DNA of 64,000 bases from the human T2T-CHM13v2.0 reference genome, Homo sapiens (GCF_009914755.1 NC_060929.1); one strand, 5' to 3'; shown: positions 44,521 to 63,468, numbered from the stretch's first letter. Numbers and translations are program-made. The notes: a model not told the origin generated them from the letters alone.

Positions 44521-47462
44521 GATTATGATAAACTTTAAAAGCCAAGATCCAAATTTTGGAATGACTTCCTATTTTCAATAACATGAAATATGTATGAATA
44601 TTTAGTAGAAGATAAAGGCACTCTAAGCTGACATTTTGTACAAAATCTATTATGCATTGTGAACAGTGTTTTGTGGAAATGTAAGTCAGGAAAATGAAAT
44701 ATAGGTGACTGAATACAGGACTAAGTGCCTTGAGAATAAGACATGGACCTTTCTGGTATTTTAATCATTCCTAGACTCTAAGTCATGCGCTTTCAATGTA
44801 CCAGTGTTCTCTGAAATTTTAACTTTGGGTCTAGAGACAGTTATATCTTCTCAAATGCCTAACCCAATAAGCTGGAAATGGTTCTTCATTCTTTTTCATT
44901 ACTCAGTAGAATTAAGAATAAGGGGCATAGTCTTGAATGCCATTCTGTGGGAATGAAGTGATTGAATTAACAGAAATTTTGTTGGAAGTTGACCCCAATT
45001 ATTAGAGAGACCGATGACCAGGATGCAAAGAATCATGCTATAGCAATGATCTGATGAATTACTAAATGAATACTAAGTATTTCTCTAATTTGTATTAGCT
45101 AGCGAGGAATCCTTTCTTCATATCTCATAGCTGTATTGAAACATCATGTCAAATGCAAGAGAAAATGTGAAAAAATCCTCTTAAAATGCTTTTTCCAAAT
45201 ATGATTATTTCACAAACCATAGTGTTGCAATTTCTCACTTTTAATTCAGATGTATACATTTCTGTATGTACCTAATGTACACAGTCTCCTATGTCTCCCT
45301 TCTACTTGGATATAAGGTAAACAATTATAGATTAAGCATATTAGTGTATGGTTGCCAAGGAAACATTTATTTTTTTTGTCTCACAGCTGAAATTCACAGT
45401 AATTGCTAATATATGAGCTAACAGCGTATTCTGTAATTTCTTTCTAAATTGTATTTATTTTTATGTATTCTATAATTTCTGACATAGAAAATCACTAAAT
45501 TGCTAGAAGCATTTACTAACGAACACATTATTATTGAGTTTTCACAGCTTGCTTATAGCCTTTCTGAAAATGACTCCCAGAGCTATTTGTCCACCAAGAT
45601 TATTTGTCCAAGCCTCAGTCTTTCACTCAGCCCTAAGTCATGGGCCTGATGGCTCATGGCCCCCATGGCAGAGCTAGAACTTACTCTCTTCCCATCTGTC
45701 TTCTTTCTGAGTCTTATATTTTATGTGGCTGAATCCCCTGGCTACATCACTCCCTTCTCACTTAGGCATGACCTTAGGCGAGCTACTTGGCCTCAGACCT
45801 CAGTTTCCCCATCTGTGAAATGGGAGGCATTAAACCATGTCCTCTGCAAGGCCTCTGGCTTTGATTGCATCCTGAGCCCTATGAGCCCATCCTTCTGCTG
45901 CTATGACTTGCTCATAGACTTCCCTAACTTCTGCCTCCTGCTTTCCCCTGCCTCCAGTACTCTATGTCATTCCTTGCTGCCTGGGCTGCCAGCCAGTTTG
46001 CTCCCACCCACCTCACCTCCTTCATTCACTCTCCTCTTGCCCATCCCTTCGTGGGAGTCAAGCCGTCTCCTGGCCCATTGTTCCCCAATCCCACACCCTC
46101 ACCCAGGACTTCTTCCTTGCTATTCTTTAGGCCCAGAATAGCTGCCTACTCTGTGTCTGTCAAGCATCCCACTGCAGCACTCACCAAAATAGACAGTGTG
46201 AGATCCAGGCGTGGAAACTTGGGTCTCTTGCCACCCTGTACACCTTTCAATTTCTGTTAAAAAGTAGATGCAATTTGCAACATTCATATGTTAATATGAA
46301 CATTTTGTGACTCACAATCATAGTTTTACCAACTTACATATATATATTATTTATATGGAGAACTTTAGTGGTCTTTTTCTGCTTATTGAAGTAGTTTGTG
46401 CTCATTAAAAAAATCAAGAAGCTAGAAAAATGTATGAAGAGGAAAATAAGGTTGTCTACAATCTCATCTCTTAGTGATGACTGTTGTTAATGTTCAAGGG
46501 TTGGATATGCACTTAATGATTCTTCTGAGGGTAATATGAGCCTGCAGAAGGCTGCATTTGGGGTAGGTGGTAGGTTAAATAAATGTAAGAAATTTGACTA
46601 TCTCAGGGCACTTCAGAAGTCAGAATCAAGAGGTTGGCAAGAATCTTTGTTAGTACTTTTTGGTTTGATATTTAACTTAGATTGGAATTTTATTTTTGGG
46701 GTAGGGGGAGGTTGCTATGAGGGTGAAATCTAGAAATAATCAAAGGTAATGTTGGTATTATAAAGTCTGTGTATAGCTTCCCACATTAAATGGAAGGTAG
46801 TTTTGCTCCTAGGAGTATACTGGGTATAGATTTTATGTGGATTATTTTCTGTTTAGATTCCACAAATAATTTTTATCTCACATAATTTAAATGTAACTTG
46901 AAATAGGTGTCCTTTAAAAATAGTTCTTAGCTAAATTTCACTGAATTATATAATTTATATATTTTTATAATATACATGTATTGTACATTCTATTTTTAAA
47001 ATACAAGGTAAACTGTATTAATATGCTATTTATCTACATTCTGTGCTTCAGGAAGAATACATTGCATTTGCTTTTTGTTATCATATTATTCTATATAATT
47101 ATGCAATATGTATGTTATTATTAAATACATAAATTGATTGGATCAGATCACTAAGGACAGATGGCAGAAGTGCTTCATTCTTTGAATTCAATTTTGCCAT
47201 CTTTCAAACTTATTTTCCAGTTTATAGATGAAGAATCAAGTCTAAAGTGTTTCACAAAAATATTAGGAACAGTTCAGCCCTTAAAATACAATGCATTGTT
47301 TCTTCTGCTCAGACTGGAAGAGAGTTACTTGTTCTGATGATGTGTCACATAAATCAATCCCTGGTATTTTGGGAAACAGACCTTAGTGTTTATTGCCGTG
47401 GACATGGTCCTCACTTGACAGAATTTTAATTGCTGTGTATTCTTCATTTTTGTAATCACCAG

Positions 47463-47623
47463 GTTCTCTTATTCAAGTACCTTCCGTTGAGAGGGGGAAA
47501 CTTAGTAAAGTTCGCCTGGGTTCGTTGTCTTTGAAAAAGGAAGGAGAGAGACAATGCTTCTTATTTACAAAACACTTTTTAATATGTACAAGAAGTTCAG
47601 GAGGGAAGCTTCATCTGCTCAAG
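47463..47623 (+). CDS. RASGRF2: RASGRF2 coding exon (probably exon 10), second PH domain
   Basis: atcaccag|GTTCTC...CTCAAG|gtactg; 161 nt; (G)[53 protein letters not shown]. Confidence 0.95.
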
Positions 47624-48015
47624 GTACTGGTTTTCCATAACTGTTCCATTTATCTTCCAAGCACTTACAAGTTATTGAAGTTAACTCATTTGAGACTTTC
47701 CCATGCTTGGTATTATCATAAAACAGATTGTCATGATTGCATAATGAGTGAGGTAATGTACTGTTACCAACTCTGCCATTTAATTCGTTGTCATTTAAAT
47801 TCAAAGTAACAGAAATGTATTTTAAGTATGCATCACCATAAAGAAATACAATTAAAATCGTAACCTGGACAAAATTATATACTGTACTGTATCTGTATAA
47901 TCATATACAAAGTTATATACTAGTTGACAACTACTGAGCTACAAAAATCTTCTCAAATCACTACAATGTACCAATGCAATATTTGCTAAATCCTATTTTA
48001 TCTTTCTCTGTACTA

Positions 48016-48553
<538 letters not shown>

Positions 48554-48957
48554 AGATAGGCAAACTTTTTTATTATTGCTTATAAATATTATTCAACACC
48601 ATGATGACAGCTTTCTACTGCTTAAGCCACTTCCTGGTTGGTGAGTTCAGCCCTTTGCTAAGGTGCATTACTCTCTAAAGCCACTGTGGTACCATCTAAG
48701 TCTCCCATCAGCCGACTTGCTAAATTTTATAAACAACTGAGTGAGAGTGGGTTGAAAGGGAAGGATTTTACTGAAGTTAAATGAGTTCACTTCCTTTTGC
48801 ACATCTAAGTTTAATTTTGGGCTCTATGAAAAATTATTTATGATGCAGAATTGCTATGCTTTCTTCCATGGCAACTTGAATATAGTGTTTACAAATCAGA
48901 GCTTCCCAATCTACACAAGACCTTCAGCGTCTTAGTGAAAAATTGGTTTGTTTCCAG

Positions 48958-49024
48958 ACAGGTGGGGTTCTGTCTCTAATAGACTGCACATTGATTGAGG
49001 AGCCAGATGCAAGCGATGATGACT
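48958..49024 (+). CDS. RASGRF2: RASGRF2 coding exon (probably exon 11), PH domain
   Basis: gtttccag|ACAGGT...GATGACT|gtaagt; 67 nt; [22 protein letters not shown](S). Confidence 0.93.
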
Positions 49025-49517
49025 GTAAGTCACCTTCGATCACTTAGGATTCTATTAGAATTAGAGGCGGGAGAGAGAGGCTGAGGATAAACTCCCTAAA
49101 GTCATTTATGTATGAAAAATTGAACCATTTAGCCCATGAGCCTTGTTAAACCATCTTTGGGAATTCACATTTTACTGAATTTGTTTTGTGATAGTGACTA
49201 TTCAGTGGCAGATAGAGAAGAAGGAAGAGTTGAATTAGAGTGTTGGAATTCTATAAATCATGGGAATTTTTTTTAAAAAAAACTATGAAATCAGAAGGAA
49301 ACCAGGATTCTAGTCTCAAGTAACCTACTGACCTCAGCTTCTTCATCTGCTTATGAGCTTAATAAAGCCCTCTTCATGCCTGAGAAGTACGATATTGCTG
49401 AAATGAGAGTCCCGATTTGAGTGCAAATGGATTGTATAAATAGAATAATGTGAAGGCAGCTATCACTCTTTGTTTTTTTGTATTCTCATCTAATTGTTTG
49501 CTTTACATGTGTTCAAG

Positions 49518-49654
49518 CTAAAGGTTCTGGGCAAGTGTTTGGGCACCTGGATTTTAAAATAGTGGTGGAGCCTCCTGACGCTGCCGCCTTCACTGTTGTC
49601 TTGTTAGCACCCTCACGCCAGGAGAAAGCTGCCTGGATGAGTGACATCAGTCAG
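49518..49654 (+). CDS. RASGRF2: RASGRF2 coding exon (probably exon 12), PH domain end
   Basis: gttcaag|CTAAAG...AGTCAG|gtaaga; 137 nt; (S)[45 protein letters not shown]. Confidence 0.95.
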
Positions 49655-51395
49655 GTAAGAAAGTGGCTTTTGCCAAATTTTTGTTTTTTAAATTTCACAA
49701 CTCAAACTTTTGGAGATAGTTTTTAGAGGTTTTTTATCTTTATTAAAAAATTACACTCAGTTGCTATGGTCACTGCCATAATCACTATGTATCTTGATAA
49801 GCTGTGATCATTATCATTTTTGTTGTTGTTGTTTCTCTTCTTAAGGTTAAAATTTGCCTGAAATGTAGTAATTGGATTTTAGTTCCTGGGCATTTTACAC
49901 CAGCAGCAAATGTAATCATTTGTGTTGAACAGTATTGAGATTGCCCTGTTAGTAATAAATTCTCTAATGACTCCACTCCATATTTTGCTTATTTGTTTCT
50001 GAAGCAGAATAATGGTGAAAGATACAAAAACAGCCAACATAGGGCTATGGCAGGAAATCATGAATTAAAGAATCAAAAGAGACACCGTCTCTAGTATGAA
50101 ACCTGAAAATAAGCTCCTGTATTTCGTATATTAAAAAATTAGGGACAGAATTTTTACCTTTCCTTGATCAGCAGCGCCAGTTGGGGAATTGCTCCATTTA
50201 TTTAGGAAATAATATGATTTAGAATATGTCAAAACTAGTCATGATTGGACTTGGACATTCTTATTCAAGCTCCATATGAATTTTGGCTCTGTAGGGGAAA
50301 AGTGTTGCTATGTAAGAAAAATATTTTTTAAGGACTTGATAATTATTTTCAAAGTTGTTAACTCAAAGAAACTGGGGCACATGAAAAAGGTATATATTGT
50401 AGTTTTCATGCTTTTTTTTGGAAGAGCTTATAGTAATTTATATATAAGACAAGTGGAAACATGAATTCTATCATAGTTATTTGGAACTTAATTCTTTTTT
50501 TGAGTGACTGAAAATTGAGGTGAAATAGAAAATGAATGTCAATAGTAATCATTTTTATTTGTCAAAGAAGTTTTACAGACTTAATCTCATTTGACTCTTA
50601 CAATAGTATTCTGAAGGTAAGCAGAGAGAAATTAGTCCCATTTCACAGGTGAGAAAACTGAGGTCTGCAAAGTTAAGCATTTGTCAAAAGCTGCTCAGCT
50701 GCATTGAGTCAGAATGTGAACCTAATTTGGGTCTTTTTTTCTGTTTAGCGCTCTAAACATCCTCTACAAGAGTGCCTTATGCTGGACTTTTACTTATATA
50801 CCCTCAGGATGGCTTCAATGGCAAATAAATAGCTAGAAAAGAAGCCATTTCTTTTCTGCCTGACAAGGAAATGAAAATATGGGATCTTCCATTTTTGTGG
50901 ACTTGCATCCTTGTGGTGATTTATTCATACGTTCATTAGCTCTATGCTATATCAATTAATAGCATATTAAGTCTCTCCCTATTTGTAACACATCTCTTAC
51001 TTTATGAAACTCTGGATCATTCATTGACTCTTTGAACATTTATTGAGGAATCACCATGTGCTGTCAGGTATTGTGCAGGTACCAGGAATACGACCATGGT
51101 TCTTGCTCTCAGGGAGAATAGGCAGGCTCATAGGGAGCAAAAGGAAGTAAACAGCTAAATGCAAAAAATTGTGTGCGTGTTGTGAAGCCAAGATATGTAG
51201 GAAGAATGGGGAGAATAGGAGTAGGCAAAGGTGTTTTTCCACCTGCTTCTACCTTCTACCTTATGATATAATTAGGGCTCCTAAGATACAGACTTGATAA
51301 AAGCTCAGGTGACCTTCTTTAGCATGACTGGGGAGACATTGTTAAGAGAGAAAGACCCTTGGAGTGCGTGAATAATTCTGTGCCTGGTCCTTTAA

Positions 51396-51964
<569 letters not shown>

Positions 51965-51994
51965 CTATGGCATTTTGTGGCTTTGACATTTGTG

Positions 51995-53310
51995 GTTTTA
52001 TTCATTCAACAAATATATTTATGCAGTGATATATGCCTGGCACTGTTCTAGAGATTTGTGACATATCATGAAGAAAAGAGACAACAACAACAAAATTTTC
52101 TTAACCTTTTGTAACTTCCATTCTAATTTGGGGAAGACCAAAAATAAATGATAAGGGTAATAACTAAGCATATACTATTTTATATTAGAAGGTAATAGGG
52201 CAAGGTAAGAAGGATTGGGCTGCTGAAGGTGGGTGGGTTGGTAGAGTTTTTAAATGGTGGTCACCTCATTCTGAAGGAGACTTTTAAACAAAGGCTGTAG
52301 TAGGTGATGGAGATACCGTGTGAATATGTGATGCCATGTGAGAGGGAACAGCAATTGCAAAGACTGTAAAGTAGGAGGATGCTGCATGTTTCAAGGAATA
52401 CCATGAAAGGCAGTGTGGCTGGAGTAGGGTATGCGAGAGGGAGAATAGAAAAAAAAAGAAAGTCAATGAGGTAACAGGGGCCAGATCAAGAATGCCTTTC
52501 TAAGCCAATGAAAGGGGCTTTGGCTTATACTCAGTCAGATGAAAGCTATTAAAGGATTTCAGCAAAGGAATGCCATGAACTGTCTTAGGTTTCGAAAGGA
52601 TTGCTGTGGCTGCTGTGTTGAGGATGGGCTGAGGGCAGAGGGTAAGAGTGGAAGCAGGGAGATGAGTGAGCAGGCTGCTGCAATAGTCCAGGCGAGAGAT
52701 GTTGAGAGCCTAGGCCAGCATGGCAGGAGTGGAGTTGGAGATTAGGGATCTGAGCCTGGATTCATTTTGAAGGTAGAACCAGCAGAGTTTGATTGTGGAT
52801 TAGAGCTGAGATGTGAGAGTAAAAGGGTGAAGGATGACCTCAGAGGTTTTGGCCTGAGCAACTGGAAGGATGGAGTTGTCATTACCTGAGATGGAGATAT
52901 CTGCTGGGAAAAGAGATTTGGGGGTGAAAAGCAGAAATTTACTTTTGAATATATTGAGTCTCAGAAGTCTGCTAGACATTTGAGTGGAGTTGATAAATAA
53001 GCAGTGGGATATAGAAGTCCAGCATTTAGAGAGAGATCCGGGTAGGAGATACTGCATCATTTGGGTGGTATTTAAGGCTGTGAGACTGTTGAGATCGCCA
53101 AGGGAATATGCATAGGTAGAAGTAAGAGGGCTGCAGACTGAGAGAGGGGTCAAGTCAGGGAGAATAGTGAAGAGGACCAAGAAGGAACCACCAGTGCAAC
53201 CGGAGAACAGCCAAGAGGACATGGTGTCTTAGCAGCTGAGTGAAGAAAACGTGTCAAGGAGGAGGGAGTGGTCACATGTCAACTGCTGCCAAAGGCTGAG
53301 TGAAGTAGTG
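51995..53310. mobile_element. L2 remnant
   Basis: ttcattcaacaaata terminus; gaggttttggcctgagcaactggaaggatggagttgtcatt. Confidence 0.7.
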
Positions 53311-54514
53311 ATTGTTCTAGTATACTTAGTGATTTTGCTGCTGTGGAGTTTGAATGGTGGGTGGGTAGGTGGTAGGGACAGAGTGCTGTGCTCTTGACTG
53401 AGCCTAGCCTGCTGCCCAGAAGCCTGTATCTCAGCTGGCTTTGTTCTCTGCTTCAAGCATTTTCCTTTTATAGGAGAGATTTCGTATCCATTCATGGAAT
53501 TAGTCTCTCAAGTGTATCTCTGGACATATCCATTATTAATAAGATAAGCTTACTGAATGCTTGAAATGTACTATTTAATATTTTATTGTGTATATGTGAA
53601 AATATGGACACACAAATGAACTAGAAATATTCCCAACACCCAACACACTAAAATGTTTATCAAAATACCTTCCACAGATAACCTACATTAGAATTACGTG
53701 AGGACTGTTTTTAAATGCAGATTCCTTAACCCACATTCCAGATGCCATTCTAAACTCCATAAGCTCCATAGATCACTTCTGCACAATTAAAGAACCTCTG
53801 TCCTGAAGAGTGAACTGTTTCCATCTCTAAAGTCTCCACAATCTTGCCATATAGAAATAATTGTACAGTTTGCCTCTCAGTGTATACATACATCATGTTT
53901 GCTTTTTACCTCATTTACTTCTTTCTATATTCCTATAAACTCTTCATATTCATATTGGCTATCTATTATTCAGCTGCATTATATTAAATATATTCAGCTG
54001 CATCAATTTACTGCTTTTATAGCTTTTTCTGAATAATTGAGCGTTGAGTGTATGAGCTGTTTCCAAGTTTGAGGATTAATATATAATGAGGTGCTAAACA
54101 TCTTCATGCGGGAGTTTTCCCCTTCTTTTAAAGTCCCTTGTTGGTGTATAGTTAGAGTATAAGGCTGGTGTAAAAAGCCTGATCACTCTCCTTATTTCAT
54201 GATTCCTAGTGTGACAGACTGCCACAATTCCTTCAAGAAATATGTAAGTTATAATTTCACTACATCATCAACAAGGTATCTATGTAACTCTCTTCTAAGT
54301 CTTGCCAATGTTAAATTTGTCACATTTATCACATTTTTCTATTTCATGGAAAAGTGTTTTTGCCTTCTAGTGGTTTTAATTTACATTTCTGTAATTATCA
54401 ATGAGATTAACATTTTCTACTATTTCTGTTTGTCTTTTTATACTAGGTAGACAGTAATTCACTGGCACTACCCTTATAGACTAGGGATGTGAACATTTTC
54501 TATTTAGATTATGA

Positions 54515-54860
<346 letters not shown>

Positions 54861-56245
54861 ACTATTTTTCTAAATCTTACTTTTTCTGGCTTGATTTGAA
54901 GCCACCTTGCTAAGCTACTGTATTGTATTATACTAATCATAGGTAGCTCTTTTTTTAAGATGATAAAGTGGTTCCTGAGTATTGCTACAATCCCAGTTTC
55001 CCATAAGAAACTCTACAAAACTTAAGACTTTTAGCTTTGCCAGGTCTCTCTCTCTCTGAAGCTGTAATTTTTAGAAGGAACGATTGCTTGAATGATTAAT
55101 CACACTCTTAGTTACACCAGTAAGGCCATAATTAACTGTTGGCGCCTCTAGCAAAAAGTGCAAGTGGCTAATGGTCTCAACCAATAATTCTTCCCCTTTT
55201 TCATCTATTTATAGGGAACGATTTGAGGCTGAAGATTTGACTATTTATTTCAATAAAGCACATTCATTTGTGCTTGTCTCAGTGTCATACATAATGGTTT
55301 ATTAAACAGATCCACTGTAATTATGGCTATTAACTAAAATGCAGAATTAAAATTTATCTCTGAGCTTCTTGGTTTGGATAGATGTCCCAAAATATAGACC
55401 TGTGTAGACAAATTTGTAGCACACTGGACATGCTTTCTCCCTAAAAATAGTTTTTCGGAAATCAAGAGGGAATTTTCTACTTTAACATAAAAAGGTGAAT
55501 TAAAAAAATTGACTCTAACCTTTCTTCCCAGTACTTAGAAGTATCAAGAAGGTGGAAAATATGGCAACACAGTAGACCGCTGGTCTTTAAATAGGTACTG
55601 CCTTAGGTAAAACCCTGAAAAACTCTTGGTGGAGAAGTCACTCGCAACACTTGTCCAAAGACCAGCTGCTTCAAAATCACTTGGGGCTTTTGTGAACATA
55701 CGTACTCCCAGATCCCATCCCAGCCGTTACAAACTGAACTAGACTATCTATGATCTAGGAATCTAATTTTGTTATCCTGTTAATTTCAAGGTTTATTGTA
55801 ATTCATATAAATTCAAGATGACATTAAAGATATCTGAAACCCTGCTTATTTGAATATATTTCTTCTTAACTAAGTGAACTGTATACAGGCACCACTTCTT
55901 CCCAACAACCAGGGTACATGCTTACATAACCATAAATATTTACCACACCTTCCTCTGTAAGTCTGTTCATGTACACACTCACATATACCAATTCTATTAT
56001 AGTTTAACTTTTTTTTTTAGAACAGAACTCTTTCTTCATTGCAGCATTACTCCAAGTCCCAAATGGAAGTAAGATAAAAGCAAAATTCTCTGGTTGAAAT
56101 AAAATTGGTAGACCTAGAGACTCCAGGAGCCATTTTTTTTTTCACACTCCTGTTTGTGAAGCCTGGGGATGTCCCTAAAGTCTGGGGATGGGAACTCATT
56201 TTGAAAACCATTCCCCTATTTTATATAAATGTATCATAATAAGAT

Positions 56246-56330
56246 CGATCTATCTATCATCTCTCTCTGTCTCTCTTTCTTTCTCTCTGTCTCTCTCTCT
56301 CTCCATCCATGCATCTATCCATCCATCCAT
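56246..56330. repeat. Compound (CT)n/(ATCC)n simple repeat
   Basis: directly visible. Confidence 0.8.
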
Positions 56331-56599
56331 CTCATGGATAGATTAAAGGTTGTGTACCAATTATCAAAGACATTTTTATATAATTTAAAATATGACTTCA
56401 TTATATGGCCTTTTGACGTATGGTTTGGATTGAATGTATATTTTGTTCTCCTGAAACTTGAATGAAAGTGAAAATTTCCTTTTATTCCTAAAATAATTTT
56501 GATGCTTGACAATGACTCAGAAAGATTTATGAATGAGACTTGACACTGGATAATGAGATGTGCAGAAATGGTCACATAAATCTCCTCTTTTGAGTTTAA

Positions 56600-58950
<2,351 letters not shown>

Positions 58951-61731
58951 AAGATAAATAAAAGTCTATATCTATTCATTTTTGCCTGTATCTCTTAAAT
59001 TTCTAACTATAAAGTCCTATATTCGTGAAGAGAGAGAGATGAGAAAAAATGAAGACCTCTTCTTTCCTATTTCGTAGATGAATAATTTATTTAAAAAATA
59101 AATAGCTTAATAGTAATAAAATTCTTTACTCTTCATTTTTCATCGTTTTTGTGATAATTTTCAGTGTATTATTTCCCCTTTCCAATTCTCTTTTATATAA
59201 TTTCATGGTTTTTCAAGTTAAATATTGTTCCATCCAAAGTAGTACTCTATGTGTATTCATATTAGATATGAAAAGCCAGATATATTTTATATTTTCTCTC
59301 TCAAATTTTATGCAGTATTCTGACTAAGCTGTTTATATGTAACACTGTAGCTGATCAAAAATGTCTCAGTGTGTCTCTTCTGTTTTTCTCCACAAAGCCT
59401 TTCCAGATCCTGGAAAACAGAAGAGACACACAGCTAAACCCTGGATTGGCACCATAGATGAAGGGTGGAGGAGGGGAAAGCACTTGCTTCTTATGTTGGG
59501 TACAGGAGAAAAAGTTCTATTTCAGCTCCCTGGAGTGGGCTCATCTCTCACTCCTTGGCACTTGGGTTACACATCGTGGCTTGTGGACTATGGAAGCTGA
59601 CTGTCTTCCCTACTCCTACTTTGAACCCTGCAGAGTTTCCTGGACAAGTGAACTGGGCAGATTGGTCTTGAGACCCCCTTCCTCTTGGTTCCCTCTTTCA
59701 AAAAGCAAAAACTGCTTCCCTTCTTGTCTCTAAGAGGAGGGAAGTGGACAAAGTCAGCCCCCAGAGAACTGCATCTTAAGATACCCTGATTGTGGGTATC
59801 CTGTAGCTTTGATGGGCTGCCAGGTAGCTCTGCCCTTCCATTCTCTGACTGTTAGTGCAGGTAGGATGACAAGCCCTTTGAACTCATCTCCAGTGGTGCA
59901 TTTCCTGGATTTTCAGACCCAATTCCTGTATTCCCCAGGGGTTTGGACTATGAATCCCTAAGAAACAGGTTAAATCTCTGCCTTCTGACCCCCTGTCCAG
60001 GACGAGACAGAGATGCTTCTTTATGACCCAGGTCTGTGACTCTGGCCACCTCCAGCGCCCGTCCCCACCTTGTCTGGGCTCCACTTAAACAGTGTGGTTG
60101 TCTCTGGAGCTGTGTGGGAGCTCTGGGCTGAGTTTAAGTGGTCTCCCCATTACCTCACCTCTGTTCTTGATGGTGCAGTCGTTCTAAGGCTGTTGTCTCA
60201 GTAACTATGCCATTTGCTTAGAATATTAAAGGAAATTGAAGGAACATTGTTCATTTCCCACAGGTCTCACCAAACACCATGTCTACTTTCCCACTTCCTG
60301 TGTTGGTTACCCAAGGGGCTTCCTCAGTGTGATTCAGAAACACTGAGAGTGAAAAGAAGTCTAAGGAGTAGCTAGAAAGGTCGCTGGGTGAAGGAGCACT
60401 TACCCTTGTCAGTGTGCAACCCCTCTCCCCATCCAATCCTTTTCCTCATTACCCCACCCCCTGACCCCGCCACATAGCTTGGGAAGAACAGGGATGATGT
60501 TAATCTGTTTTGTCCCCATCAGGATTAGTAAAGTGAATTTGAAGTGACTTGCCTTACTCATCTTCAAACTCTTTCATATATTACTTTTCTTCTCTTTATC
60601 CTCATTTCCCAGTACTTAGCCCAGTGTCTTCACATAGTAAGTACTTGATAAATGCAGATGTAAGACAGCCATTTAGTAAAATCCCAATGCTGTGTAATCA
60701 ATGCATCTTCTTGGTGCTCTTGAGAATTCAAAACATAGACTGTCTAACTTTGTTTAAACTCTGGGTGATTCGAAAGACATTTGGCTATGTTTTTTTCCTT
60801 TTAAATATATTTGCATCCGAAAATTTAAAATTGCCTTATAACCATGGCCATCTTTGATTTTACCTTGTTTTTTTCTCTTGCTTTTATTCAGTAGTTCATC
60901 AATTTTTATTATTCCTTTCTTCAAAATATGTATGTCCACCCTTTCCTCTTCATTCTCACAGTCTGCCTTAGGGGAGGTATGAATCATTTCATTTACTGAT
61001 TCAGTATTATTCTGATCATCCCTTGGGTCTCCATTCATTCTCCCCTCGTTTCCATTGAACGAATACCACCATGAGGTCAGTTTAGATCTTTCAGCGTAAG
61101 TGAGCTGCTTAGAAACCCTCAGTGGCTTCCCATCTGCCTATAGGATAAAATTAAAATTCAAGACTCCTTTCTCTATAGCCTGCCTCCAACTGATTTCTCT
61201 GTCCTCTCTCTTACTTTCTTCTCCATTATGAATGCGTGCACCAGCCAGCCCCATCTCTTCATTCTTCCATGTATGTTCCCACTTTGAAACAGGGCCCTTG
61301 ATGTGTATTTTCATCAGGTCCTGACAGAACTTTCCCATAGAGAGGTAGTGTGGCCTTTCTTGGGGCACAAGAGGATATCCCACTTACTGGCAGCTTGGCT
61401 TGCTGGTTGAAACACTGACTCTACATAACTGGACACACAGGATGCAGCAGTTTCAGGATTTCTGGGAAAACACTATTTCCAACTTCCTGATGCTCACGAC
61501 TTACACGAACTAGGATAAGAGAAGCAGCATTTCTTCAGTGTGAAGAAGAGCAGCCCCTGCTTTTTTCTAGAAAGTGTGAAACCTGTGCTTGCAACCAGAC
61601 CAGCAGAGGAAGGATGGGCCTCTGAGTCACATTCTTTGGGGTCCACTACAGGGTTGTGTGTTTGGAATTGTACTTTCAGCTGTTTATACAAAACAGTTTG
61701 CCAAAACTTGTAGTTATTTAAAGATATTGTT

Positions 61732-62032
61732 GGCCAGGTGCAGTGGCTCGCACCTGTAATCCCAGCATTTTGGAGGCGAAGATGGGAGGATCGCTTGAGC
61801 CCAGGAGTTCAAGGCCAGCTTGGATAACATAGCACGAACCTGTCTCTACAAAAAAAAAAAAAAAAAAATCTCACTGTGGTAGCACACACCTGTAGTCCCA
61901 GCTACTCAGGAGGCTGAGGTAGGAGGATCACTTGATCCTAGGAGTTTGAGGTTACGGTGAGCTATGATTGTGTCACTGCATTCCAGCCTAGGCAACAGAA
62001 TGACAGTGTCTCTAAAAAATAATAATAATAAC
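61732..62032 (+). mobile_element. AluJ
   Basis: dimer with expanded middle A-tract; TSD aagatattgtt at 61721 and 62033. Confidence 0.88.
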
Positions 62033-63468
62033 AAGATATTGTTGAGGACATTGTTCACTACATTATTCAATATTTCTCTTGATGAGAACCCATGAGATAA
62101 TTGTCCTGTCTGGTCCTAGACCAGGATTAATTGACTTTCTACTAAACTGTGAATTTCGTAGCTAACACTGAGTCCCTCTTTGAGTTGACTACTCCACAGC
62201 CCTGCTAATTTTGAGGCTCACTTCTGGCAAGCGCTCTCAACATAAAGTATGTGTGGTGGTTCCATTTCAGGCTTCGTCTTATTGTTTGCCATCCTTTATC
62301 TAAATCATCTCTGATTTTCTCACTTATCTTGACTCTGTCTTATTATATGTGTTTTTGTAATCCACTCGTGGGATAAGGTGGAGCATAAATTCACATATAA
62401 GCAAAAATGGCCAAATTTATAGGTAGATGATCATAATTATTTATATGAAAATATAACTCCAAATTACTTCCAGATGCTGTAGCTTAAGGAAATATATTGA
62501 AGGGGAGCTTAAAAATATTCTACTTACTTGCCACAAGTGGCATCCTTTATGCTTTGTAGTTGAAATAATGGCATAAGACATGAGGAAAACAAAGTTTTAA
62601 GGAAAAACAAGTATGAAAATGGCTGAAATACTAAGTAGACTGAATAGTCAGAATTCCAGTGATCTAAAGTTTCTTACCGGCATATTCACTCTTTTATTAG
62701 AACATTGGTGTTTAGGGTAGACCCTGAGTTCAGGACCTATGTGAGGTCACGTTGCAATCAGCTTCACTGCACTATTTAATTATAGCCACAAAACACTATA
62801 TAGTATCATAGCGACTAGAAGCTATTTTTTATTTTAAAAATTGATTATATTTTTTCATTTTCCTGTTTTGTTCAAAGGGAATATGTATAAGTCAAAATAA
62901 ATTCTTCTCTAACCCAAAATAATTACAGAGAGAAAATGCAAATTGATAAGGCATAGATTAAATAATGAAGGCAGAGAAAATTAGCACAGCTTTCTGAAAA
63001 GAGAAAAAGATGATACAAGGCTTTAAGCATGCCAGAGACAGGAGAAATTACACACTGTCCCTTCACCAAACAGCATTAGTATCAGTAGGGGCTGCCAGAG
63101 GTACTAGTAAAATGTGGGAATTTATTGGCAAAGAATACCTGAGAAGCAGAGGCAGAGCTTACTAGTGAGACAGAAGATGAATTCCATCCTAGGAAGCCAC
63201 TATTTCCAATCTGACTACTCTACACCACCCCCTGGTTGCAGAAAATGAATATAGCAAGAGCAATCATGGTCAGGTCCCAATCACCTCTCAAATAGCATTG
63301 GAGCTGCCAAAGAATTGTGACAAAGTGACATTGTGGTCAGAATTCTTGGGAAACACATTCAGGGGAAGTACAGCTGTTGTATCTGTCCTCAGGTATTTGT
63401 CAGGCATTTAGTTGATACAGTTTTGGTGTCTGAATACTGAATCTGTTCATCAGTGTATAATATTTACC

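Noticed and set aside
45656-46260. 161-aa and 98-aa ORFs
   Set aside because: Pyrimidine-rich, partly MIR-derived, low-complexity L/S/P translation
55139-55158. CTCF-like motif (reverse strand gctagaggcgcc)
   Set aside because: Core is one base short and the upstream CCAC/CCAG half is absent
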